From Gemmata obscuriglobus (GTDB lineage: Bacteria > Planctomycetota > Planctomycetia > Gemmatales > Gemmataceae), in the NCBI RefSeq assembly GCF_008065095.1, contig NZ_CP042911.1, positions 5,670,001 through 5,702,000 of the forward strand: a stretch of DNA of 32,000 bases. Reading direction: 5' to 3'. Below are positions 24,397-32,000 of this stretch, piece by piece; position 1 is the first letter of the stretch, and each line of letters opens with the position of its first letter. The position numbers and the translations under genes are program-made. The notes below the pieces were generated by a model. The model did no database searches. It worked only from the letters and a program-made list of their open reading frames with translations, and was not told the DNA's origin.

Positions 24397-26583
24397 ATGA
24401 GGTGTTGCATGCTGTCGCTCTTTGGTTTGCGGTCTCACCCGGCGCGCCGCGCGCGCGCCGTCTCGAAGCGCCCGCCCGCGAACCCGCGCGAAAAGTTCCT
24501 GCGCCTGAACATGGAGGCCCTTGAGGCCCGCGAGGTGCCGGCGGTGGCGGTCGTGTTGGACTACTCGCGCGACGCGGGTGGGCTGTTCAACAACCCGGAA
24601 GCCCGGGCGGTGATGAGCGAGGTGGCGACCGAGTTGGGTAACAGCCTGAACGCGAGCCTCGGCGCCATCAACGCCGCCAACTACCCCGGGCAGTCGTGGG
24701 TGGCGTCGTTCCTGGACCCGGCGACCGGCTACACCGCGAGCGTGTCAAACTTGGTCGTCGACGCGAACACGATCCGGGTGTACGTCGGGGGCCGCGCGCT
24801 GGATGGTCCCGCGGACACCCTCGCGCTCGCCGGGCCGGGCCAGAGCACCATCCCGCTCCTTGTGGGTCCGTTCCTTCCCGGGTGGGACAACGCCGTGACC
24901 ACACGCGGCCACAGCGGGTTCGCGCCGTGGGGCGGGAGCATCACGTTCGACAGCTCGGAGGCCTGGCACTTCGGTCAAACCACGGTCGGGCTGGACGCGA
25001 ACGAAGTCGACTTCTACTCGGTCGCGCTGCACGAACTGGGGCACGTGCTCGGGATCGGGACTACATCTCAGTGGAGCGGTCTGGTTAGTAGTGGCACGTT
25101 CACCGGAGCCTATGCCGTTGCGGTCTATGGTGCCCCCGTCCCGCTGGCCCCGGACGGCGGGCACTGGGCGGATGGGATCAAGGTTGGCGGTCTGGGGGCG
25201 AACCTGGACCCGACGTTCGACGCGGGCAGCCGGGTGGGCTGGTCCTTGCTGGACGCCGCGGGCTTGCTCGACCTTGGGTGGGGATTGGTTCCGCCCCCGG
25301 CACCTGTGTCGCCCGGGACCGCGGATACGGTTTCCAATGGATCCGTGACACTCGTGCTCGACGTACAGGGGGACGTGTACCGCCAGGAAGCCAACGGGTC
25401 GCGCACCTTCTTGACGTCGCAGGTCATGCAGATCGCGTCGGGCTCGGGTCAGTTGTTCATCCTGCGCAACGACGGTGCGGTGTTCCGGTACGACGCGGGC
25501 GGGTTCGGGCTGACCCTCACCACCGGCATCACCCAGATCGCGTCGGGCTCGGGTCAGTTGTTCATCCTGCGCAACGACGGTGCGGTGTTCCGGTACGACG
25601 CGGGCGGGTTCGGGCTGACCCTCACCACCGGCATCACCCAGATCGCGTCGGGCTCGGGCCAGCTGTTCATCCTGCGCAACGACGGTGCGGTGTTCCGGTA
25701 CGACGGGAGCGGGTTCGGGCTGACCCTCACCACCGGCATCACGCAGATCGCGTCGGGCTCGGGTCAGCTGTTCATCCTGCGCAACGACGGTGCGGTGTTC
25801 CGGTACGACGGGAGCGGGTTCGGGCTGACCCTCACCACCGGCATCACGCAGATCGCGTCGGGCTCGGGTCAGCTGTTCATCCTGCGCAACGACGGTGCGG
25901 TGTTCCGGTACGACGGGAGCGGGTTCGGGTCGGCCCTCGCCACCGGCATCACCCAGATCGCGTCGGGTGGGGGGCAACTCCACGCTCGTCGTAACGACGG
26001 GGCACTGCTGCGGTACAACGGAACGAGTGCGTTCAGCCTAGTAACCTTGACCGGGGTCTCTCAGATCGCTTCGGGCGCGGGCCAGTTCTTCATCCTGCGC
26101 AACGACGGAGCGGTATTACGGTACAACGGTTCTACTGGCGGTTATGACAACGTTGCCACGGGCATTGCGCAACTCGCGGGCGTGCAAGGCTTCATCCTGT
26201 CGCGTAACGGGAACGTGCTGCGGTACAACGGTTTCACCGGCGGGTTCGACGTCGTCACGAGCAGCGCCACCCATCTCGTAATGGGGCAGGGCATCGCTTT
26301 CATCCGCCGCAGTAATGGGGATGTGCTGCGGTACAACGCCTTTACCGGCGCGTTCGATGTCGTCGCGAGCGGGACGGCCGATCTCGCGGTCGGGCAGGAT
26401 CAGGTCTTCTACCGGAGCACGGCTGGGGCGCTGCACCGGTACAACGGCTTCACCGGTAGTTTCGCGGTGTCGGTCGCGAGCGGCGTAATCGACATCTGGT
26501 CGATCGCCGGTCAGTTCTACTACCGCGACACGAGCAATTCGGCGTTCCGGTACAACGCCGGCGTCTACGTCGCGGCTCCGTAA
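24397..26583 (+). CDS. Exported zincin (HExxHxxG, metzincin-like) fused to about 12 tandem 35-aa blade-like repeats
   Basis: The leader KFLRLNMEALEAREVPAVAVV matches the planctomycete extracellular-type N-terminus. The zinc motif is VALHELGHVLGIGT. The C-terminal half is built from ITQIASGSGQLFILRNDGAVFRYDxxGFGLTLTTG-type units. The start is ATG 24397 or 24409; the ORF is open from 24286. Confidence 0.8.
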   Translation: MRCCMLSLFGLRSHPARRARAVSKRPPANPREKFLRLNMEALEAREVPAVAVVLDYSRDAGGLFNNPEARAVMSEVATELGNSLNASLGAINAANYPGQSWVASFLDPATGYTASVSNLVVDANTIRVYVGGRALDGPADTLALAGPGQSTIPLLVGPFLPGWDNAVTTRGHSGFAPWGGSITFDSSEAWHFGQTTVGLDANEVDFYSVALHELGHVLGIGTTSQWSGLVSSGTFTGAYAVAVYGAPVPLAPDGGHWADGIKVGGLGANLDPTFDAGSRVGWSLLDAAGLLDLGWGLVPPPAPVSPGTADTVSNGSVTLVLDVQGDVYRQEANGSRTFLTSQVMQIASGSGQLFILRNDGAVFRYDAGGFGLTLTTGITQIASGSGQLFILRNDGAVFRYDAGGFGLTLTTGITQIASGSGQLFILRNDGAVFRYDGSGFGLTLTTGITQIASGSGQLFILRNDGAVFRYDGSGFGLTLTTGITQIASGSGQLFILRNDGAVFRYDGSGFGSALATGITQIASGGGQLHARRNDGALLRYNGTSAFSLVTLTGVSQIASGAGQFFILRNDGAVLRYNGSTGGYDNVATGIAQLAGVQGFILSRNGNVLRYNGFTGGFDVVTSSATHLVMGQGIAFIRRSNGDVLRYNAFTGAFDVVASGTADLAVGQDQVFYRSTAGALHRYNGFTGSFAVSVASGVIDIWSIAGQFYYRDTSNSAFRYNAGVYVAAP
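25429..26058 (+). repeat. Six tandem 105-bp (35-aa) coding repeats. Copies 1 and 2 are identical, copies 3-5 differ by a few nt, and copy 6 is diverged. More degenerate units continue to about 26570
   Basis: The repeat unit begins with cagatcgcgtcggg at 25429, 25534, 25639, 25744, 25849 and 25954, an exact 105-nt period. Sequences were compared by eye. Confidence 0.95.
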
Positions 26584-26618
26584 CGGTTGAGTCCCGGCGG
26601 TGATGTGCCACCGCTAAA

Positions 26619-26660
26619 GACGTTGTGGGCGCCGCACAGCCGAGCGGTGCCCACAACGTC
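26619..26660. terminator. Long hairpin between convergent genes; candidate bidirectional terminator
   Basis: 12-bp perfect stem gacgttgtgggc / gcccacaacgtc, with an inner ccgc/gcgg extension. On the minus strand it is followed by UCUUUA. There is no good U-tract on the plus strand. Confidence 0.4.
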
Positions 26661-26691
26661 TGCCGGGAGATCACATTGCATGGCTGACGCG

Positions 26692-27465
26692 CTAAGATGG
26701 TGGGAGTAGGCCCCGCGCGACGGCTTGCACGAGCGACAGCGGGTGTAATTCGGCGAGGTCCGGAACCGACAGCCGGTAGATGTGGTCGCCGTGACTGCGT
26801 CGGATGCCGAGTTCGCGGCCGTTGATCACCCACGGAGAGTAACCGAGTGCCAGCTCGCGGTGAGCCGCCGCCCCGTCGAACCCGAGCCGGCATGCATACA
26901 GGCCGTGCCGCACTCCTCTGTAAATTAATAACGCCGTATCACCATACCACTCAAGAAACTCTGGGCCGCAGGGAAAGTCCGGGTCGTAAATCTGTAATTC
27001 GCAAGACGCCTCCCGTCCATCCCGGTCATTCAGTTGGAAGCAGTATTCGATGTCGTCGTTATTCCACGACGACCAGGATTCAAGAACCGCCCCCGCGCCC
27101 GTCAGTCCACTGACCGCGGCTGCCTCGGTCATCACCGTGCGTCCGTTCACCGTGCGCTCGACCAAACGTCCGAGCACGCTCGCCGCCTTCGCGATCCGTT
27201 CCCGGTCTGAAGCTTGGGGCACCGCTCGATAGCCGACAACCGCCAGCCACCACGACGGGAACTCGTGCTGGAGCGTCAACATTCGTTCCCGTGCAGTTTG
27301 CCGCTCGTCGGACCCAAGCGGCAACTCCGTGAGTCGCGCGCTGAGACGCAGGTATTCGGCCCGCGGGTCGCTACGGTCGTCGAGCCAGTCGGCGTAAACG
27401 AGCCGGGCGGTTCGGTCGTCCGGCGCGGCCAACAGGGCGCGAATAAACGGTTCGTCTTCGGCCAC
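26692..27465 (-). CDS. TIGR02996-type ('repeat-companion') N-terminal domain protein with an uncharacterised C-terminal domain
   Basis: EPFIRALLAAPDDRTARLVYADWLDDRSDPRAEYLRL is the signature of the Gemmata/myxobacterial TIGR02996 domain. The start is set at GTG 27465, because the longer ORF would overlap the ABC-F gene start. The start is uncertain. Confidence 0.65.
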   Translation of the reverse strand: MAEDEPFIRALLAAPDDRTARLVYADWLDDRSDPRAEYLRLSARLTELPLGSDERQTARERMLTLQHEFPSWWLAVVGYRAVPQASDRERIAKAASVLGRLVERTVNGRTVMTEAAAVSGLTGAGAVLESWSSWNNDDIEYCFQLNDRDGREASCELQIYDPDFPCGPEFLEWYGDTALLIYRGVRHGLYACRLGFDGAAAHRELALGYSPWVINGRELGIRRSHGDHIYRLSVPDLAELHPLSLVQAVARGLLPPS

Positions 27466-27553
27466 GCCGGCGCCCCCGGGAACGGGTTCGGACTTGTATG
27501 ATAACGCATGTCCGCGGGGCCGAAACCCGCGCCCCGACTTTACGGAACGGATC

Positions 27554-29365
27554 ATGTCGTTGCTGCTGTCCGCCCAGGAACTGAGCAAGAGTTACGGCCC
27601 GCGCCCGCTGTTCGACGGCCTCAGTGTCGAGTTGCGCGCCGGCGAGCGGGTCGGGCTCATCGGGCCGAACGGGGCCGGCAAATCGACCCTTCTGAAGATC
27701 CTTGCGGGCATCGAAACACCTGACGGCGGCACCCGCACCCTCCGGCGCGGCGTGCGGGTCGGTTACCTGGCACAAGATGACACGTTCGAGCCCGGCGACA
27801 CCGTACATTCAGTTCTGATGAAGGCTCTCGCGAAGGAAAACCTCGAAGACCACGAGCGAGAAACTCGTACCGCGATCACACTCACGCAGGTTGGGTTCGA
27901 GGACTTCGAGGTTCGCGCCGACACGCTCTCCGGCGGGTGGCGGAAGCGGCTCGCGCTCGCTCGGGAGTTGGTTCGCGAGCCGGACCTGCTTCTGATGGAC
28001 GAGCCGACCAACCACCTCGATTTGCCCGGTGTCGTGTGGCTGGAAAAGCTGCTGCGGGCCGCTCCATTTGGGTACCTCGTCGCCACCCACGACCGGGCGT
28101 TCCTCCGCGCCGTCAGCGACGAGATTTTGGAGGTGAGCCGCGTGTACCCGGGTGGGTCGTTCCGGACCGCCGGGAGCTTTGACGACTTCGCCGACAAGCG
28201 CGACGCCTTCCTAGAAGCCCAGGCGAAACTGCGCGACGCGGTTGCGAACCAGGTGCGCCGCGAGACCGAATGGCTCGGGCGTAAGGAGTCGGCACAGCGG
28301 CGGAAGTCGCGGTCGCGCATCGGCGAGGCGGCGGCCCGGCGCGACGAACTCGCGGAACTGAACTACCGCACCGCCGCGGCCGGTCAGGCCGCGATCGATT
28401 TCGCCGGCACCGGCCGGCAAACCAAGAAGCTCATCACCGCGACAGGCATCGGCAAAGCGCTCGGCGGGCGGTCGCTGTTCGGCGGCATCGACCTGATCCT
28501 CAGCCCCGGAACCCGGCTCGGGTTGCTCGGCCCGAACGGTAGCGGGAAAAGCACCCTGATGAAGGTGCTCGCCGGCGAACTCGCGCCGGACGCCGGCAGC
28601 GTGACACGCGCCGAAGGGCTCCGCGCGGTGATGTTCGAGCAGGGGCGCTCGACGCTCGACCTTTCGCAACCGCTGCGCGTCGCACTCAGTCCCAACAGCG
28701 ACCAGGTGACGTTCAACGGGCGACAACTACACGTCGGCGGGTGGGCGCAACGGTTCCTGTTCCGCCCCGAGCAACTCGATGTCGAAATCAGCGCGCTGTC
28801 CGGCGGCGAGCGGGCACGCGTGCGCATCGCGCAACTGATGCTCAAGCCCGCGGACCTGCTGCTGCTGGACGAACCGACCAACGACCTCGACATCCCCTCG
28901 CTCGAAGCGCTTGAGGACAGCCTCGACGAGTTCCCCGGCGCGGTGGTGCTGGTCACCCACGACCGAGACCTGATGGACCGTTTGTGTACCGAGGTGATCG
29001 GACTCGATGGGTTCGGCAGGGCCAAGAGTTACGGGAGTGTCGGGCAGTGGCTCTCGGATTACGAGCGCGCGACCGGGGCCGCAAAAGCGCCCGCGGCTGC
29101 CACAACGAAGAAGGCCAGCACTCCCGCTCCGTCGAAACCGAAGAAGTTGAGCTTTAAGGAGCAGCAAGAGTTTGACGGAATCGAAGCGGCGATTCTGGCG
29201 GCCGAAGAGCGTGTTGCGGGGCGTGAGGCGGAAGTGAGCGCGGCGGGCAATAGCCACGTCGCTCTGACCGCCGCGTGCAAGGCGCTGGAAGAGGCACAAG
29301 CTGCGGTGGAGAAGTTGTACACCCGTTGGCAGGAACTCGAAGCGAAGCGATCTGGAACCGCGTGA
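27554..29365 (+). CDS. ABC-F family ATPase (Uup-like: two ABC domains plus a C-terminal coiled coil)
   Basis: Walker A GPNGAGKST and GPNGSGKST. Signatures LSGGWRKR and LSGGERAR. Walker B LLLMDEPTNHLD and LLLLDEPTNDLD. No TM domain. The C-terminal KLSFKEQQEFDGIEAAILAAEE resembles the Uup tail. Start at the ATG at 27554 (MSLLLSAQEL). Confidence 0.9.
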   Translation: MSLLLSAQELSKSYGPRPLFDGLSVELRAGERVGLIGPNGAGKSTLLKILAGIETPDGGTRTLRRGVRVGYLAQDDTFEPGDTVHSVLMKALAKENLEDHERETRTAITLTQVGFEDFEVRADTLSGGWRKRLALARELVREPDLLLMDEPTNHLDLPGVVWLEKLLRAAPFGYLVATHDRAFLRAVSDEILEVSRVYPGGSFRTAGSFDDFADKRDAFLEAQAKLRDAVANQVRRETEWLGRKESAQRRKSRSRIGEAAARRDELAELNYRTAAAGQAAIDFAGTGRQTKKLITATGIGKALGGRSLFGGIDLILSPGTRLGLLGPNGSGKSTLMKVLAGELAPDAGSVTRAEGLRAVMFEQGRSTLDLSQPLRVALSPNSDQVTFNGRQLHVGGWAQRFLFRPEQLDVEISALSGGERARVRIAQLMLKPADLLLLDEPTNDLDIPSLEALEDSLDEFPGAVVLVTHDRDLMDRLCTEVIGLDGFGRAKSYGSVGQWLSDYERATGAAKAPAAATTKKASTPAPSKPKKLSFKEQQEFDGIEAAILAAEERVAGREAEVSAAGNSHVALTAACKALEEAQAAVEKLYTRWQELEAKRSGTA

Positions 29366-29402
29366 TTGGTTTCGACTGGCACGCCGAGTGCATTTTAAGT
29401 GT

Positions 29403-29475
29403 GCGGGCGGGATGACTAACGCGAACTGAATGGGCGACAGTTTGCGGAAGACCACATCCCGCCCGCTTTTTGTTT
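29403..29475 (+). terminator. Rho-independent terminator candidate downstream of the ABC-F gene
   Basis: 12-bp stem gcgggcgggatg (29403-29414) / catcccgcccgc (29455-29466), with an inner stem cgcgaactg/cagtttgcg, followed by TTTTTGTTT (29467-29475). Confidence 0.6.
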
Positions 29476-29580
29476 CCGCTACGTTTCTAGCCGCAATGGC
29501 GCCTCGCAAAATTTGAGCCTGGATAGATTAGGCTACCAATCGATTATCTATCCGATTGCGGATATCTTTTTGGCCTCCGT

Positions 29581-29680
29581 CTTTGCGGCACAGACATTCC
29601 TGTCTGTGCGACCTTCTCACGCCGCGCAGACAGGAGTGCCTGTGCAACAAGAAACAATCGCGACCAACCGGATCGTTAAC
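29581..29680 (-). repeat. Copy B, uninterrupted, of the dispersed structured element; it starts 28 nt after the stop of the 29709..30869 gene
   Basis: The reverse complement aligns to 324-407 + 2519-2534 at roughly 79% identity. On the minus strand the main hairpin is gcacagaca-GGAA-tgtctgtgc (9 bp with a GNRA-type loop). Confidence 0.75.
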
Positions 29681-29708
29681 AATGCGATTGCCGTACTGTT
29701 TACGATCT

Positions 29709-30869
29709 TTACGGTCTCACCAAGCCCGCCGGAACCGCGGGGGCAGTTCGCCCTTGGAGTTTCGTCAGTTCGGTCTGTGCGAGATCGGCGTGGCGTGTGT
29801 TCGGGCACAGCGCCATCACCTTCTTCAAGCACGTCGCGGCCTCGGCGCTCTGCCCCTTCTGGGACCACGACTCGGCCAGCGCGAAGTACATCGCCGCGGT
29901 GCGGTCGTTCATTTGCTCGCACGCCCGCGCCAACCGCTCGGGGTTACTCTTGACCTCGCCCAGCAGACGGTCCGCGTCCTTCGCCTCCGGCAACTCTGGG
30001 TACGCCAGCGCAAGCTGCTCGCACTTCTGCATACAGTCGTAGAGGCGCCCGGCGCGGAAGTCGTCCCGGGCCACAGCGAGTATGTCCCGCGCGATCCGGA
30101 GCCGACGCTGTTGAACGACACCGGGCTTATCGGCGAGGTCCGCCAGTGCCACCGCCGCGTCCGCAGCGGTCTGCGTGCCGGCGTAGGTGCGAACGGCCTC
30201 GGCCAGGGCGTCCATCGCCTCGGCGGTCTGCCCGAGTTGTTCGAGTTGCTTCGCGCCCGCCAACTTACCGGCGGCGACCCGCTCCACCTCGGTCAGCAGT
30301 TGCTTCGCCTTCACCCCCACCGGCTTATCGCCAGCGTCCTTTGTGATGCCCTTCAGGAGCGTCACCGCCCGGGGGTAGTCGCTGGCCGCAAGCGCCTTCG
30401 ACGCCTCGTTGAAGTCCCGCGCCGCCCAGTCCGTCGTACTCACCGCGGTCAGCGTGCGTTTCATCTGCTCGGCGAGCCGCGCGGTCTCAATGTAACCTTC
30501 AATAAAGGCGTGGATTTTGCCGTCGGGTGCGGCCAACACGGTCGTGGGGTAAAGCTGAACTTTCAGGGCTTTCGCGAGTTCGGGCGATTTGGCGGCGTCG
30601 AGTTTCAGCGGAACGAAGCCGGACGCGAGCAGCGGCGCGAGGGCCGGGTCCTTGAGCGGCCCGGACTCGAGCTTGCGGCAGTAGAAACAGTTCTCCGTTC
30701 CGAAGACGATGAGCAGCGGCAGTCCCTTGTCCTGCGCCTCCTTGCGGGCGGTGTTGTAATCCGTCCACCACGTAATTTGAGGCTGCGCGGCGGGCCTGGC
30801 CGGCTGCGCGACCGCCGGAAGTGCGGGCCACAGCGCCGCGGCGGTCACGAGCGGGAACAGGACGCGCAT
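29709..30869 (-). CDS. Secreted thioredoxin-fold protein (CxxC) with a TPR-like helical C-terminal domain
   Basis: Signal-like MRVLFPLVTAAALWPALPAVAQP. Thioredoxin-like LPLLIVFGTENCFYCRKLE...YPTTVL. The long helical C-terminus has TPR-like periodicity. Start at the ATG at 30869. Confidence 0.75.
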   Translation of the reverse strand: MRVLFPLVTAAALWPALPAVAQPARPAAQPQITWWTDYNTARKEAQDKGLPLLIVFGTENCFYCRKLESGPLKDPALAPLLASGFVPLKLDAAKSPELAKALKVQLYPTTVLAAPDGKIHAFIEGYIETARLAEQMKRTLTAVSTTDWAARDFNEASKALAASDYPRAVTLLKGITKDAGDKPVGVKAKQLLTEVERVAAGKLAGAKQLEQLGQTAEAMDALAEAVRTYAGTQTAADAAVALADLADKPGVVQQRRLRIARDILAVARDDFRAGRLYDCMQKCEQLALAYPELPEAKDADRLLGEVKSNPERLARACEQMNDRTAAMYFALAESWSQKGQSAEAATCLKKVMALCPNTRHADLAQTELTKLQGRTAPAVPAGLVRP

Positions 30870-30998
30870 GCGCGTGTCGGGACAATACATGAAGCGAACC
30901 CCTGGTGCGTAACGGCACTGCACAAACGCTCCACCGCCGACCGCCGGGCTGGTGCGGGCGCGGCTCATTCAACCGGAAGGGCGTCCTCCCACCCGCGT

Positions 30999-31904
30999 TC
31001 ATGCGCGCGGGTGGGCCTTCTGGTAACTCTGCTGGAGGCGCTGAGTGGTCACGTGCGTGTAAACTTGTGTCGTCGCCAAACTCTTATGGCCGAGGAGTTC
31101 TTGCACCCCGCGGATGTCGGCCCCGGCATCGAGCATATGTGTTGCGAAGCTGTGCCTCAACGTGTGCGGGCTGGTCCGCGGGTCGAGGCCCGCGACCTTC
31201 AGGTGGTGCGACAACAGGCGGCCGACGCTGCGAGTCGTCAGCCGGCCGCCCTTGTTGTTCAAAAACACAGCCTCAGTTTCTTGGCCGGTTCGCGCCAGCA
31301 GCGCGGAGCGGTCCTCGTACCAGAGGGTGATCGCCTTCACCGCGTCCGGACCGAGCAACGCGAGCCGCTCCTTCTTTCCCTTGCCGCGAACCGTGATAAC
31401 ACCATCGTTCAAGTCAACGGCCAGAAGGTCCAGCCCGACCAGCTCAGAAACCCGAATGCCGGACGCGTAGAGCGTCTCCAGAACGGCGCGATCGCGCCGC
31501 CCCGCCCAATCGGTCGCCGGGGGCGCCGTCAGCAGTTTCTGCACATCCGCCAGCGTCAAAAAGTGGGGGAGCTTCTTGTCCTGCTTCGGGCCGCGGAGGG
31601 CCAGCGCCGGGTTCACATCAAGCACGCCCGCGCGGCACAGGTACTTGCTGAACGACCGCACCGCGGCGAGGCGCCGGGCGATCGTACTCTTGGCGTACCC
31701 CTGCTCGTGCAGCCAGGAAACGAACGAGCGCACGGTCCGCGTGGTCCAGTCGCCCACCGCGACGTGCCCCTTCTTGGTCCGGTCGCGCACGAACCCCAGC
31801 GCCTGGGTGAGGTCCTCGCGGTAAGACTTGACCGTTTTGTCGGAGGAGTTCTTTTCCAGCCCGAGGTGTGTGAGAAAGTCTGCGAGCCCCTGTTCGAGCG
31901 TCAT
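30999..31904 (-). CDS. Tyrosine recombinase of the XerC/XerD type
   Basis: N-terminal SAM-like domain (FLTHLGLEKNSSDKTVKSYREDL; ARRLAAVRSFSKYL). Catalytic residues R...HTLRHSFATHML...LLGHKSLATTQVYTHV. GGAGG lies 8 nt upstream of the ATG. XerC and XerD cannot be told apart by eye. Confidence 0.9.
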   Translation of the reverse strand: MTLEQGLADFLTHLGLEKNSSDKTVKSYREDLTQALGFVRDRTKKGHVAVGDWTTRTVRSFVSWLHEQGYAKSTIARRLAAVRSFSKYLCRAGVLDVNPALALRGPKQDKKLPHFLTLADVQKLLTAPPATDWAGRRDRAVLETLYASGIRVSELVGLDLLAVDLNDGVITVRGKGKKERLALLGPDAVKAITLWYEDRSALLARTGQETEAVFLNNKGGRLTTRSVGRLLSHHLKVAGLDPRTSPHTLRHSFATHMLDAGADIRGVQELLGHKSLATTQVYTHVTTQRLQQSYQKAHPRA

Positions 31905-32000
31905 CGGTCGGGCCTCCGGGGTGCCGCGGCGCGTGTGATTCCAACGCGAGCCGCAGCGCGATTGTCCGGTCGGGGCCGCCGTGCTCCAACAGCAAACGCC

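Noticed and set aside
25429-26058. Regularly spaced repeats that could be mistaken for a CRISPR array; the same applies to the decamer array at 22921-22980.
   Set aside because: The 105-bp units are contiguous, with no spacers, and lie in frame inside a long ORF whose protein shows the same periodicity. The decamer array has no spacers either. No cas genes are present.
25429-26570. Diversity-generating retroelement (template/variable repeat pair) as an explanation for the near-identical repeats.
   Set aside because: No reverse transcriptase ORF is in the window. The differences between units are not confined to adenine positions of one copy.

Overview
High-G+C window that looks planctomycete, probably Gemmataceae. 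The clues are a TIGR02996-type 'repeat-companion' N-terminus, 'L-x-x-E-x-L-E-x-R-x-x-P/LA' leaders on exported proteins, and many Ser/Thr kinase and ECF sigma genes. Housekeeping genes: mnmG, an alpha-D-phosphohexomutase, an ABC-F ATPase, a Xer-type recombinase and a thioredoxin-fold/TPR protein. Signalling genes: two membrane Ser/Thr kinases, an ECF sigma factor fused to a long transmembrane C-terminal extension, and a response regulator/histidine kinase pair. There are two insertion-sequence graveyards, at 408-4129 and 21110-23820. Each is followed by a very AT-rich island (about 14-23% G+C by hand count) and a large exported repeat protein. The first is a collagen-like, tail-anchored adhesin-like protein whose stop overlaps a kinase start. 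The second is a zincin fused to about 12 copies of a 35-aa blade-like repeat, five of them nearly identical at DNA level. Six transposase-derived loci are present, and only the youngest, a nested IS5-family element, looks intact. Points I think deserve a second look: (1) a dispersed ~100-nt structured element found ~30 nt after two stop codons, with a compensatory double substitution in its main hairpin; one copy was hit by an IS exactly in its GGAA loop; (2) simple-sequence expansions inside dead transposase genes, (ACC)14 and (CACGGGGGGG)6; (3) an ECF-fusion / kinase / lysine-alanine-rich protein / phosphohexomutase cluster with a canonical ECF-type promoter candidate; (4) the collagen-like protein/kinase pair. 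No CRISPR array, rRNA or tRNA was found. All family calls come from motifs read by eye, not from database searches.
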